Shown here: piece after piece, positions 1 to 9,101 of the stretch
Layout: each line of letters starts with the position of its first letter
Numbering within the stretch: the stretch's first letter is position 1
Assembly: GCA_011390575.1 (NCBI GenBank)
Contig: JAABSE010000011.1
Location: 102-64,101, forward strand
Direction: 5' to 3'
Length of the DNA: 64,000 nt
Origin: Sphingobacteriia bacterium
Lineage (GTDB): Bacteria; Bacteroidota; Bacteroidia; Bacteroidales; UBA7960
Translations under genes and position numbers: made by a program
The notes under the pieces: generated by a model
Seen by the model: only the letters and a program-made list of their open reading frames with translations
Databases searched by the model: none
What the model was told of the DNA's origin: nothing

Positions 1-1
1 G

Positions 2-286
2 ACCGATCAGGAAGAAAATGCCAGGTGGGCCATCGAGGAGTTTCTCGGCAAAACGATACCCGAAGAAGCGTTGCCTGCAGATCTGGTTGTCAGCAAAGCA
101 GAAGACTGGGATGAAGAACTTAAGCCTTCAGCCGGCGATAAAGCCTACTTCAAACCCGTAAAAATTTACGAAGGGGGAGGGGCTTTCCACCAGAAAAAGG
201 AGAAAAACCAAAAGGTCAACCTGGGCGGGCCCGGACGCAAAAAACGCCTGGCGCTCAAAAAAGGGGGAGGGAAAAAGAAAAAATAG
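2..286 (+). CDS. 3' end of a gene truncated by the window edge; Gly/Lys-rich basic tail most consistent with the C-terminal extension of a DEAD-box RNA helicase
   Basis: Frame 2 is open from nt 2 (TDQEENARWAIEEFLGKTIPEEALPADL...) to the stop at 284-286. The TTG start at 71 in the ORF track is an edge artefact. The tail reads ...GGPGRKKRLALKKGGGKKKK. No catalytic motif lies inside the window, so the family call is by resemblance only. Confidence 0.35.
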   Translation, partial: TDQEENARWAIEEFLGKTIPEEALPADLVVSKAEDWDEELKPSAGDKAYFKPVKIYEGGGAFHQKKEKNQKVNLGGPGRKKRLALKKGGGKKKK

Positions 287-317
287 CTTGTGGAAAGAGA
301 CTAAACAGATGTACCTG

Positions 318-1304
318 CTAAAAAATCCCCTTCACAAATTCATCCACGCTTATGTTATGGAAATACTCGCTGAAGTTGATTTGTGATAATTTTTCCCTAA
401 TGGCTTGCTCGTTGTGAGGGGTTTGTTTTAAAAGGTTTTCCACCACCTGGATATCATACTTGTTGAAAAAATCACCAAAGATTTTTGCCTCTTCAATGAC
501 TCCCTTTTTTACATTGAGGTGTATTTCCACAAAACCGCCCTCACTTTTAAAAGCCTTTTGCACGTCGTATTTGGGTGAATGGCCAAAGTTCCAGTTCCAG
601 GTGCCGTACTTTTCTTCCACCAGCTTTTCAATGGCAGCAATATCTTCTGGTGTAAATTCATATTTTTTGCTGCCCGGAAAGTTTTCCATGATATGGTCCA
701 TGATAATATTGCGAAAAGCAAGTACATCCATTTGTTGGGGTAAATGCTCGCTGATGTTGGTAACACGACTGCGCACACTTTTTACGGCCTTGTTCTGATA
801 TTTGAGCGGGTTGATTTTCAGGGCCAGGTGTAAATCATTCATTACGGAGGAGAAAAGCAGCGTACCATGGCGCAGGATGCGGGTTTTGAAAATGTGCTCA
901 GCATTGCCCGAGAACTTTTTCCCTTCAATGGTAAGGTCATTGCGTCCTTCAAATTTGGCATCTACCCCCAGCTTAAGCAGCACTTCCAGGATAGGCACCG
1001 TATAACCTTTGAAATCGGCAATTTTGTTGTCTTCCTTGCTGCTGTTCATGATAAAGGTAAAGTTAAGATTGCCCAAATCATGAAATACAGCGCCACCCCC
1101 CGACAAACGACGTATAACGGTAATGTTTTTTTCTTTTACATAATCCACATTGATTTCGGCCAGGGTATTCTGGTGCTGCCCCACGATAATGGCGTTTTCA
1201 TTGCGCCAAAGCATAAAACAATTTTCTGTGAAGTTTTTCAGTACATACTCTTCCGCCGCCAGGTTAAAGGCCGGATCGGTAAATTCATGGGCTATACAAT
1301 ACAT
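318..1304 (-). CDS. lplA: lipoate--protein ligase
   Basis: 328-aa ORF. It carries ...RRLSGGGAVFHDLGNLNFTFI... and ...GRNDLTIEGKKFSGNA... (lipoyl-AMP Lys region), and its length and C-terminal accessory domain match LplA/LplJ-type ligases. Confidence 0.85.
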   Translation of the reverse strand: MYCIAHEFTDPAFNLAAEEYVLKNFTENCFMLWRNENAIIVGQHQNTLAEINVDYVKEKNITVIRRLSGGGAVFHDLGNLNFTFIMNSSKEDNKIADFKGYTVPILEVLLKLGVDAKFEGRNDLTIEGKKFSGNAEHIFKTRILRHGTLLFSSVMNDLHLALKINPLKYQNKAVKSVRSRVTNISEHLPQQMDVLAFRNIIMDHIMENFPGSKKYEFTPEDIAAIEKLVEEKYGTWNWNFGHSPKYDVQKAFKSEGGFVEIHLNVKKGVIEEAKIFGDFFNKYDIQVVENLLKQTPHNEQAIREKLSQINFSEYFHNISVDEFVKGIF

Positions 1305-1639
1305 TATTCTATTTTTTTTTGGGTAAAACGACTAGGGTTGGTAACAAATTCACTAACAAAATTTCCCTTTGCTTGTTTAGCGTCACCAATTGAAACTTAC
1401 AGTTCATAATACACATAGCGGAAAAAATTAAATTCATTTCCCTTTGATGGATATAATCCTGCCTCGTGTTAAAAATTGTTTAAATTTGATGAAGATTAAA
1501 GGCTAATTATATATAAATAAGACGGGTATAGGATAAAATACTTCGGATTGTTTGCTGATTTCAGTAAATAGAATGGAAACGGAGAAACAGGTTCAATCCC
1601 CCAACATGATATAGTCAATTAAACTAAAACCTTTTTGCT

Positions 1640-2212
1640 ATGAAAACAATCTCAAAAACTATTCTTGTTTTGTTAATTGTAACTTTCGCATGCAATACAG
1701 AAAACCATGATTATCCAAAGAAGTATAGGCTGGTGGAATTTACTGAAGAGAGTGTAGAATTATATACAATAGATGGTATAGTAGGGAATCATACCAACAC
1801 CTTTGATTCAATCAGTAAGCTTGAGTATTTGAAGGGCTATTTAATGAGTGAAATTGTTTTCACATCTGAAAAAAATGCTTCTTTTCTGTTTCCTTCGGGT
1901 GAAAACCAGGAAGGTTGGGAAGAGATTCACGGAAATTTAAATGTTACTTATCAGAATGATTCGATATTTTTTACAAAAGAACTCATTATCGATGAGTATG
2001 ATTTATCCACTGATGTCCGTGGTGTAATGATTAATGAGAATATTGTTTTAAATGGAATACATTTTGAATTAAAAGGAGAAAATACTGGTTTGTGGGGCAC
2101 CAATTATCATCCTTTTTCTTTGGAAAGTGTTTTTGAATACATTTGGAATGATGCTAGTGGAAGTGGAGATACGCTGGAAATTTATCATTTTACATTAGAG
2201 TTTGGAATTTAG
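1640..2212 (+). CDS. hypothetical lipoprotein
   Basis: 190-aa ORF with a signal peptide and lipobox-like Cys (MKTISKTILVLLIVTFAC). It is AT-rich and has no recognisable catalytic motif. Confidence 0.55.
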   Translation: MKTISKTILVLLIVTFACNTENHDYPKKYRLVEFTEESVELYTIDGIVGNHTNTFDSISKLEYLKGYLMSEIVFTSEKNASFLFPSGENQEGWEEIHGNLNVTYQNDSIFFTKELIIDEYDLSTDVRGVMINENIVLNGIHFELKGENTGLWGTNYHPFSLESVFEYIWNDASGSGDTLEIYHFTLEFGI

Positions 2213-3001
2213 ACAGGAGTTGATGAGACGAACTTTCGCTGGCCAGAATTAAATTTACCAAAATGAACCCAGAGTAAAACAAAAAAAATGCAATTGCATT
2301 CTACAAGACTGCATTCGGGGGTAATCCGCGCAAAGCGTTGGAATACTACGTGGGTGAGAATTCCATTCAGCAGATACCCCGAAAGTCTGCTAACAGAAAC
2401 AAAATGTACTGATAATAATGTACTGCTAATTAAAAAACTGGTGTTCGCAATCTGAATAACCGTAGGCCACAATGATGCTTTAATTCTCAGGTTATATTGC
2501 GCTTCATTCTATTCACTGTTGAATGGTTCAATGTGGATTGCTCATTAACAGTAAGGTTTACTTCCCAAAAACAGCACAAACAGAATGATGTCCTCTCCAT
2601 TTTTTGAAGAAGGATGGAAAAAGACAATTTCTGACTACTTTCTGCTTTGATAACGAAAATGGTTGAATATTTAGCCCAATGCAAAAATAACTTGGATTAA
2701 ACGTAATATTTTATTATATTTAAACTATAGTTTAAATCCAAATTGTTAATTATAACATTAGATTCAGATAATATGTGATTGATTGTGCCCATGAATACAA
2801 ACCATCACATATTAGAAAATTGTCTGGTATGATTGAGACAAATATGAAATTACAAATATAGTTGTCTACATTAAATTAAATTAACTTAAAATACCAGTTA
2901 CTGTCAGGCACGTACATACTTTTCCTGACAATCATTTTCCTGGCAAAATGGAATTTAGCTCCCAGCTTTTCTTGCCAGTTTCTAATCAAAAAAAATATAA
3001 A

Positions 3002-4936
3002 ATGAGAATTTTTATTTTCTTTTCATTTGTCCTTTTCCTGATTTCTTCAAATTTAAATACATGGGCTCAGATCCAATGGCAATCACATCCTCTTTCATTG
3101 GAAAAGGAACATCAGGAACGTGTAAAGTTTGGTTATCTGACTGTGACAGAAAGCCGGAACAAGCTCAATTCACGTGAGATCTATATGGCCTTTACGGTTG
3201 TGAAAAGTTATTCTGACAACCCATTACCCGATCCTGTTATCCTCATACCGGGAGGACCCGGTGGTGGTGCTTCAGAGCATGTCAGAATGGTTTTTCAAAG
3301 TGACATAACTCAAAAGATACTGCAAAACCGTGATCTTATATTGGTGGACCCAAGAGGTTGCGGGTACTCGTATCCAGCCATTTGCGATAATCTTAATACG
3401 AAGGAATTTCAGCTGCGATCAACATTTAGCCGTGGACAGGAGAACGCTGTGTTATTCCAGGAGGCCATAAAGGAGTGTGCGGAAATAATTTCTGCATCAG
3501 GGGCAGATGTGAGTGCCTACAGTTCGGTGGAGGTAGCACATGACATTGAAGAACTTCGTATAGCTCTGGGTTATGATCAGTGGAACATTCGGGGACATTC
3601 TTATGGTTCCCGGTTTGGAATGACACTGATACAGCAACATCCTGAATCTGTGAGAAGTGCGGTTTTAAGTGGCCTGGTACGGTTGAATCATTATTACGAT
3701 AAGATTCCGGTTAATCTAAGCCGGTCGTTGCGTATACTGATTGGTTACTGTGAAGCAGATCCCGATTGCAACAAAACCTTTCCTGATCTCGAATCAGATT
3801 TAATTCAGCTGTTAAAAAAACTGGACAATGATCCCATTCCCATCCCAGGATATTTAACAAAAAGTATTTCCGGTGAGTCATACTTTATTACTCCCGATAT
3901 GCTCCTTCAAGGGCTATTCAGACTAGCTTACAGCAAACAGGGATTGGAGATAGTGCCACAGTTAATACATCATCTTGCACAGGGCCATGAGTGGATCGCA
4001 CAAAGCATGACAATGCCCCTTGTTACTCAATTCCATGCTCTTAAAAGTGATATGAATATGATAATAACGAACAATGATGATGAGGTTGATCCTGAGTTTT
4101 TATCCCCCCCAATAAATGATGAACTACATGTGATTATTAGCAATTATTTAAAATATATGCATGATGAAAGTATTGACAAATACTGGCCCGTAATTCGTGG
4201 AACAGAACCTGTTCCGGCAGAAGTCTGGAATCCATCTGATATACCCGTGCTAATGATTTCCGGTGAGTTGGACCCGATAACCCCACCTTCACATGGGGAT
4301 ACTGCAATGGTCTATTTTACCAATGCAGTACATTATGTAATTCCCGGGTCCGGACATTCCCCACATAGTGACGCCCAAATCGATTTTTCAACTTTTTACG
4401 ATAATCCTGAGGTATATTTTGACTCCAACTCTACTATGGACGTGAAGCCTCTCCGATTTGTGACAGATGTTTCCTTAAATCGTGGAGTGTCAGAATTACT
4501 GGCGCGCCTGGGAGCAAAGCATTACAGGCATTTTATTATCCCTGCCATGGCCCTGATGTTTTGCCTGGTTGGCTTTTTATATTTTCCATTCCGGTATATT
4601 CTCAGGAAATTACGAAAAAAACCTACTAAAGGAATTTTCATGCAAATACTTGCTGTCTGGTTGGTTCCTCTTCTTTCGCTTACTGTTGCTGTACTTTTTT
4701 ACTTTGCCATAATGGATGCCATGGCTACCAATCCTTATATGCTGGTATTTGGATTGCCGGGGGAATGGGCCTTTATTAAAATAATCGCAGTTGTTTTAAC
4801 TATTTTATTACTTGTAAACATTTTTATATCCCGAAAAATATGGAGAGACTCAGGCATAAAAGCTCCACTGATTATTTCCTTGCTGGGTGGAATTGGATTT
4901 ACATCCTTTATATGGTTAGCCGGCATGATTATATGA
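3002..4936 (+). CDS. secreted alpha/beta-hydrolase (S33/TAP-like peptidase fold) with a C-terminal four-helix membrane anchor
   Basis: Signal peptide from the ATG at 3002 (MRIFIFFSFVLFLISSNLNTWAQ). GGPGGG oxyanion region, nucleophile elbow GHSYGS, Asp in SGELDPITP and His in GSGHSPH. The last ~150 aa contain four hydrophobic helices. Confidence 0.75.
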   Translation: MRIFIFFSFVLFLISSNLNTWAQIQWQSHPLSLEKEHQERVKFGYLTVTESRNKLNSREIYMAFTVVKSYSDNPLPDPVILIPGGPGGGASEHVRMVFQSDITQKILQNRDLILVDPRGCGYSYPAICDNLNTKEFQLRSTFSRGQENAVLFQEAIKECAEIISASGADVSAYSSVEVAHDIEELRIALGYDQWNIRGHSYGSRFGMTLIQQHPESVRSAVLSGLVRLNHYYDKIPVNLSRSLRILIGYCEADPDCNKTFPDLESDLIQLLKKLDNDPIPIPGYLTKSISGESYFITPDMLLQGLFRLAYSKQGLEIVPQLIHHLAQGHEWIAQSMTMPLVTQFHALKSDMNMIITNNDDEVDPEFLSPPINDELHVIISNYLKYMHDESIDKYWPVIRGTEPVPAEVWNPSDIPVLMISGELDPITPPSHGDTAMVYFTNAVHYVIPGSGHSPHSDAQIDFSTFYDNPEVYFDSNSTMDVKPLRFVTDVSLNRGVSELLARLGAKHYRHFIIPAMALMFCLVGFLYFPFRYILRKLRKKPTKGIFMQILAVWLVPLLSLTVAVLFYFAIMDAMATNPYMLVFGLPGEWAFIKIIAVVLTILLLVNIFISRKIWRDSGIKAPLIISLLGGIGFTSFIWLAGMII

Positions 4937-5156
4937 ATGTACGAAGATATCTGACAATCTTGCTGTTTGTTTCATTTTCTGCTATGGTCCAGGGGCAATC
5001 CAAAGAAAGGATATTCTATTCAACATTTTCCCCACAAGATTGGGATGTTAATATCAAATGTACGGAGAGATTGTAGTATATAATGTAATCACAAAGGAAC
5101 GTTTAAGACTGACCCATAACAAATGGGAAGATGGAACACCGCTTTGGGTGGAATAA
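4933..5156 (+). pseudogene. truncated, frameshifted remnant of a TolB-like PD40 beta-propeller protein
   Basis: The ATG at 4933 overlaps the hydrolase stop (ATGA). It encodes a signal peptide (MNVRRYLTILLFVSFSAMVQGQ) plus ...FSPQDWDVNI, then stops at 5074-5076. A shifted frame continues YQMYGEIVVYNVITKERLRLTHNKWEDGTPLWVE* to 5156. This is the PD40 pattern (W-D-x-x-I-Y ... R-L-T-x-N ... D-x-x-P-x-W). Confidence 0.45.
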
Positions 5157-5225
5157 GTTATTTGAGAATGAATTACCAACCCGGTTTTAACCAATGCAGA
5201 TAATTAACTCGTAAATTAAAAATAT

Positions 5226-5741
5226 ATGAAAACACTTACATCACTTTTCAATCTGATCCTTTTGTCACTGCTGACAGTTATTACATTACCAGCAATGAGC
5301 TACGCTCAATCGCTAACAGATGAAATCAAAGAAGCGGTTCGGGCCGAAATAGGAGAACTCCATCAACAAGAGCAGAAGGCATTCATCGACGGGGATTGTG
5401 AGACCGTCATCTCATTTTATAGTGACGAAGCCACGATTTATCTGGCAGGAAGGAAGGTTGACTTGCCGCAACTCCTTCAGTTCTGTAGCAAGATTCCCCG
5501 CCCGTTCCAGAGAGATGGTGCAACACCCGGGATTAGCGATAATTTCTATGTTTTGTCAGAAAACATCGCTCATTTTGTCAGGACCATTGATTTCGAGCCT
5601 TCCGAAGACGATCCATCTTCCTTCAAGAGGGAGGTGATTACCAAAGTCTGGTCCAGGACAAATGACGAATGGAAAATCGTGCATTTTCATTCTTCGGTGC
5701 ATTCACTGCAGGTAAAAGCTATTCGGAATGGAAACCAATAA
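5226..5741 (+). CDS. secreted SnoaL-like/DUF4440 (NTF2-fold) protein
   Basis: 171 aa with signal peptide ...LPAMSYAQ. The mature ~140-aa domain shows the DUF4440-like pattern (...FIDGDCETVISFYSDEATIYLAG...WKIVHFHSS). Confidence 0.5.
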   Translation: MKTLTSLFNLILLSLLTVITLPAMSYAQSLTDEIKEAVRAEIGELHQQEQKAFIDGDCETVISFYSDEATIYLAGRKVDLPQLLQFCSKIPRPFQRDGATPGISDNFYVLSENIAHFVRTIDFEPSEDDPSSFKREVITKVWSRTNDEWKIVHFHSSVHSLQVKAIRNGNQ

Positions 5742-5753
5742 AACTGTCATTTT

Positions 5754-6039
5754 ATGAAAAAACTTACATCATCTTTCTAAGTGATTCTTTTGCCTCTCAC
5801 TATTTTACCGGCTGAGGCACAGGAATTCCTTGCGATTATGCCCGTCACGGACGCAGGTAACGGATGGTTCACTTCAATCCAATTATAAAGTACTTGTGAA
5901 GAATAATCCTATTGCCACTGTGGATCCGGTAGACGAAGTGGAAATGCACGGCAGCAGCTCAGAGCCGTCATCGCTAAAGGACGACTCTACCGCAGAGCGT
6001 GGCTTGACCGGTTATTGGCCGAGGTGGAGACTCCAGTAG
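5754..6039 (+). pseudogene. gene remnant: signal-peptide-like start interrupted by an in-frame stop, followed by unassignable GC-richer sequence
   Basis: ATG at 5754 reads MKKLTSSF-TAA(5778-5780)-VILLPLTILPAEAQEFLAIMPVTDAGNGWF... This resembles the signal peptide of the upstream gene (MKTLTSLFNLILLSLLTVITLPAMSYAQ). Only a 69-aa ORF (5830-6039) follows. Confidence 0.35.
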
Positions 6040-6274
6040 AACACACTGAAAATCATGAGTAAAGGGGGGTAAGCACACTGTTTGAATGTCCCATCAAACG
6101 CTTTTGTCATATAACCTTCAAAGATTATGGAAGTACGTATTTTGGGGTACATGGCATGTATTTTTCTGTAAAATCAACAAATATTGTTTTTTTATATTTA
6201 TATTTGAATAAAAATTGTAAATATGCTGGAACTTGTAAAAGATTTTATCTCTTTTAACCCAAAAACTAATTCCT

Positions 6275-6865
6275 ATGGAAGAAAATAGTGTTATGAAGAA
6301 TTTTCCTATCATTTGCGTAGGAGGTTCAGCCGGGGGATTAGACGCTTATACCCGACTGCTGCAAAATCTACCGTCAGATTTAGGGGTTGCTATCGTTATT
6401 GTTAATCATGTGAGAACTGTAGCCACATATCTTCATGAGATTCTTCCTCAACATACAGCAATGCCGGTTGAACTTATCACGGAAAAACTGGATATAGAGC
6501 CCAACCACGTATTTGTTATCCCTGAAAATCGCGACTTACATATTCTTGGTGATGAATTCCGGTTAAAACCGATATCAAAACCAAAAGGCTGGCCCAATGT
6601 GATTACGGTTTTTCTGCGTTCTTTAGCAATGCACTGGGAGGGCAAACTCATCGCTATCATTGTATCCGGATATGACGGTGATGGAGCAGAAGCTTTATGC
6701 GAAATTAAAGAAGTGGGTGGTATTACCATCGCACAATTGCCAGATACAGCTACCCAGGCAGATATGCCGGAAAGCGCAATAGCAAGTGGGTGTATAGATT
6801 TTATACTTTCGCCCGGTGATATCGCTAAGGAAATTCAACGAATTGCGAATGCCGATAGACAGTAA
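6275..6865 (+). CDS. stand-alone CheB-type protein-glutamate methylesterase domain protein (no receiver domain)
   Basis: 196 aa with FPIICVGGSAGGLDAY (Ser), VIVNHV (His) and SGYDGDGAEAL (Asp), then GGITIAQ...ESA. This matches the CheB catalytic domain layout. Confidence 0.7.
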   Translation: MEENSVMKNFPIICVGGSAGGLDAYTRLLQNLPSDLGVAIVIVNHVRTVATYLHEILPQHTAMPVELITEKLDIEPNHVFVIPENRDLHILGDEFRLKPISKPKGWPNVITVFLRSLAMHWEGKLIAIIVSGYDGDGAEALCEIKEVGGITIAQLPDTATQADMPESAIASGCIDFILSPGDIAKEIQRIANADRQ

Positions 6866-6949
6866 AGTAAACTATTTAACATTTTCACAATATAGCTTCA
6901 TTTAGAAGAAACGGTTATAAGCAATAAAGTACGGAAGCAATATAAACCT

Positions 6950-7204
6950 TCAAAAGCAATTCTTCTCCTGTAATCCTGCTATCGTTTCATAAATTGGAAA
7001 AAATGCTCTCCAGGGTATGGTTTTTCCCGATTTCGAACTGGGGTTTCCTGAAACAAACTTGCCATGAATAACTCCTTTCTTTCCTTGTCTGGCTTTGCTG
7101 CAAATCAATAACAAATTGAACAAAATACACTCCCCATCGTTATAACCACACTTTCTAAAATTCATAAATTCCTGCTTAGGCTTTGGGAAATGTAAAGCTG
7201 CCAT
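6950..7204 (-). CDS. small hypothetical protein (uncertain)
   Basis: The 121-aa ORF would overlap the divergent cupin gene start. The internal ATG at 7204 (MAALHFPKPKQEF...) gives 84 aa. No motif was recognised. Confidence 0.25.
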   Translation of the reverse strand: MAALHFPKPKQEFMNFRKCGYNDGECILFNLLLICSKARQGKKGVIHGKFVSGNPSSKSGKTIPWRAFFPIYETIAGLQEKNCF

Positions 7205-7298
7205 AGGAAGAGTTTTCAATCTTATCAGGTGGTTTGAATAATGAATGCATTTAATCAGATAAAATAAATTCAAGAACATTAACTTAAAACGATTTGTT

Positions 7299-7865
7299 AT
7301 GAGAAAATCTAACATTACCAGGAACAGTTTTTATTTTGCAGCAGGCATGTTTATCTTTTTGCTCATGGCTGCTTGTCAGCCTCAGCCGGCAGCGGATGAA
7401 GCTGAGACACGAGATTCGGAAATGACAGAGTCATCTGCTGAGGATATGGGGCAAAAGCCATGGGTGCTGAATATCGAGGAGGCAACTGTAAACAATCAGT
7501 TTTATCGTGAAGCCAAATGGACCGGTGATTATATGCAAATGGTTCTGATGTCGCTCAAGCCGGGAGAAGTCATAAACCTGGAACTGCATAATGATATCGA
7601 CCAATTCATTCGTATTGAGCAGGGAGAGGCACGTGTATTGATGGGAGAAACTAAGGAAAACCTTTTGTTTGATGAAACCGTTTCCGACGATTGGGCCATC
7701 TTTATCCCCGCCGGCTACTGGCATGAGGTAAGGAATACCGGAAATACCGACCTGAAACTGTATACCATTTATACACCTGCTGAGCATGCCTCAGGAACCA
7801 GGCACGAAACCTATGAAGAGGCTGAAGCTCATGGGCATGACCATGATCACGATCATGATCATTGA
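7299..7865 (+). CDS. cupin-domain lipoprotein with C-terminal His/Asp-rich tail
   Basis: Lipobox (FLLMAAC). Cupin motifs are ...LELHNDIDQFIRIEQGEARV... and ...IPAGYWHEVRNTG... The tail is EAHGHDHDHDHDH. Confidence 0.7.
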   Translation: MRKSNITRNSFYFAAGMFIFLLMAACQPQPAADEAETRDSEMTESSAEDMGQKPWVLNIEEATVNNQFYREAKWTGDYMQMVLMSLKPGEVINLELHNDIDQFIRIEQGEARVLMGETKENLLFDETVSDDWAIFIPAGYWHEVRNTGNTDLKLYTIYTPAEHASGTRHETYEEAEAHGHDHDHDHDH

Positions 7866-7956
7866 TTCTCTCACAAATTCTTTTTCCGGGGAAGGTTAAA
7901 AGCCGGCCCGAAATGTTCGCAGAGATATTTCCACCCCTTCTTTTCCCTGAATAATT

Positions 7957-7997
7957 AAAACGTGTATCTGTCAGCCTGGCTGACAGATACACGTTTT
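7957..7997. terminator. bidirectional intrinsic terminator between the convergent cupin gene and fbaB
   Basis: Perfect 15-bp stem cgtgtatctgtcagc / gctgacagatacacg (7961-7975 / 7979-7993) with a 3-nt loop. It is flanked by AAAA on the left and TTTTT on the right. Confidence 0.75.
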
Positions 7998-8027
7998 TGG
8001 TTTATACCGGTATTTAAACTCCTTACT

Positions 8028-9101
8028 TCAGGCGATGGTTATTTCTTTACTCAAATATACGTCCTGTATAAGATTGAGCAGTTCCACTCCTTCTTTCATG
8101 GGACGCTGAAAAGCTTTTCTGCCGGAAATCAATCCTGAGCCGCCGGCCCGTTTATTGATTACTGCAGTTTTGGCTGCCTCAGCAAAGTCACTTTCCCCTC
8201 CGGAGGCTCCACCGGAATTGATCAAACCGATTTTGCCCATGTAGCAGTTGGCAACCTGATACCTGCACAAGTCGATAGGGTGATCAGAAGACAGTTTATC
8301 ATACATGTCAGGATGGGTTTTGCCGAAATTGACAGCTTTGAACCCACCATTTGATTCGGGCAGTTTTTGCTTGATAATATCGGCCTTAATGGTCACACCC
8401 AAATGATTGGCCTGCCCCGTTAAATCGGCTGCTGTATGGTAGTCCTTTTCTTTGGTTTTGAAAGCATTGTTGCGGGTATAACACCACAATATGGTAGCCA
8501 TTCCCAGTTCATGCGCCCTTTCAAAGGCTTCTGCTACTTCAGTGATTTGCCGGTTGGATTCTTCCGACCCGAAGTAAATAGTGGCACCTACTGCTGCAGC
8601 CCCCAGATTCCACGCTTCTTCCACACTGCTAAACATGATCTGGTCGTACTTGTTGGGGTAAGTCATCAACTCATTATGGTTGATTTTTACCACGAACGGA
8701 ATCTTGTGGGCATATTTTCTGGCATTCAATGCCAATCCCCCCAGGGTAGAAGCCACAGCATTACAACCGCCCTCTATGGCCAGCCTGATTATGTTTTCCG
8801 GGTCGAAGTATTGGGGGTTGGGAGCAAAGGAGCTTCCTCCCGTATGTTCTATCCCCTGGTCAACCGGCAAAATAGACATATAGCCGGTTCCGCCAAGTCT
8901 ACCGTGGTTGTATATTCTCGACAAATTAACCAGGGTGCGGGTATTGCGGTCGCTTTGCGAGAAAATCTGGTCAACGGTATCAGGACCGGGCAGATACAAA
9001 TCTTTTTTGGGAATGGTGGTTGATTCATGTTCAAGCAATGATTTTGATGCATCTCCCAAAAGTTTTTCAATGTCATTGATTGTGTTTTTCATATTATCCA
9101 T
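8028..9101 (-). CDS. fbaB: class I fructose-bisphosphate aldolase (DhnA/FbaB type)
   Basis: Nearly colinear with E. coli FbaB as I remember it (...[20 protein letters not shown]..., ...[20 protein letters not shown]..., ...[10 protein letters not shown]..., ...[19 protein letters not shown]...). The start is taken at the internal ATG at 9101 (MDNMKNT...). The ORF-track start at 9173 adds a hydrophobic extension. Confidence 0.9.
   Translation of the reverse strand: MDNMKNTINDIEKLLGDASKSLLEHESTTIPKKDLYLPGPDTVDQIFSQSDRNTRTLVNLSRIYNHGRLGGTGYMSILPVDQGIEHTGGSSFAPNPQYFDPENIIRLAIEGGCNAVASTLGGLALNARKYAHKIPFVVKINHNELMTYPNKYDQIMFSSVEEAWNLGAAAVGATIYFGSEESNRQITEVAEAFERAHELGMATILWCYTRNNAFKTKEKDYHTAADLTGQANHLGVTIKADIIKQKLPESNGGFKAVNFGKTHPDMYDKLSSDHPIDLCRYQVANCYMGKIGLINSGGASGGESDFAEAAKTAVINKRAGGSGLISGRKAFQRPMKEGVELLNLIQDVYLSKEITIA

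Noticed and set aside
867-1409. 180-aa plus-strand ORF opposite lplA (similarly 8436-9023 opposite fbaB)
   Set aside because: These are antisense to genes with strong family signatures. They have no recognisable motifs and implausible sequence composition.
5914-5920. GCCACTG heptamer (cobalamin-riboswitch-like) in the GC-rich orphan segment
   Set aside because: The other conserved parts of the B12 element (GGTG..AATCC..CCCGC..CTGT upstream, GGGAAGGC and the B12 box downstream) are absent. The downstream gene is unrelated to cobalamin.
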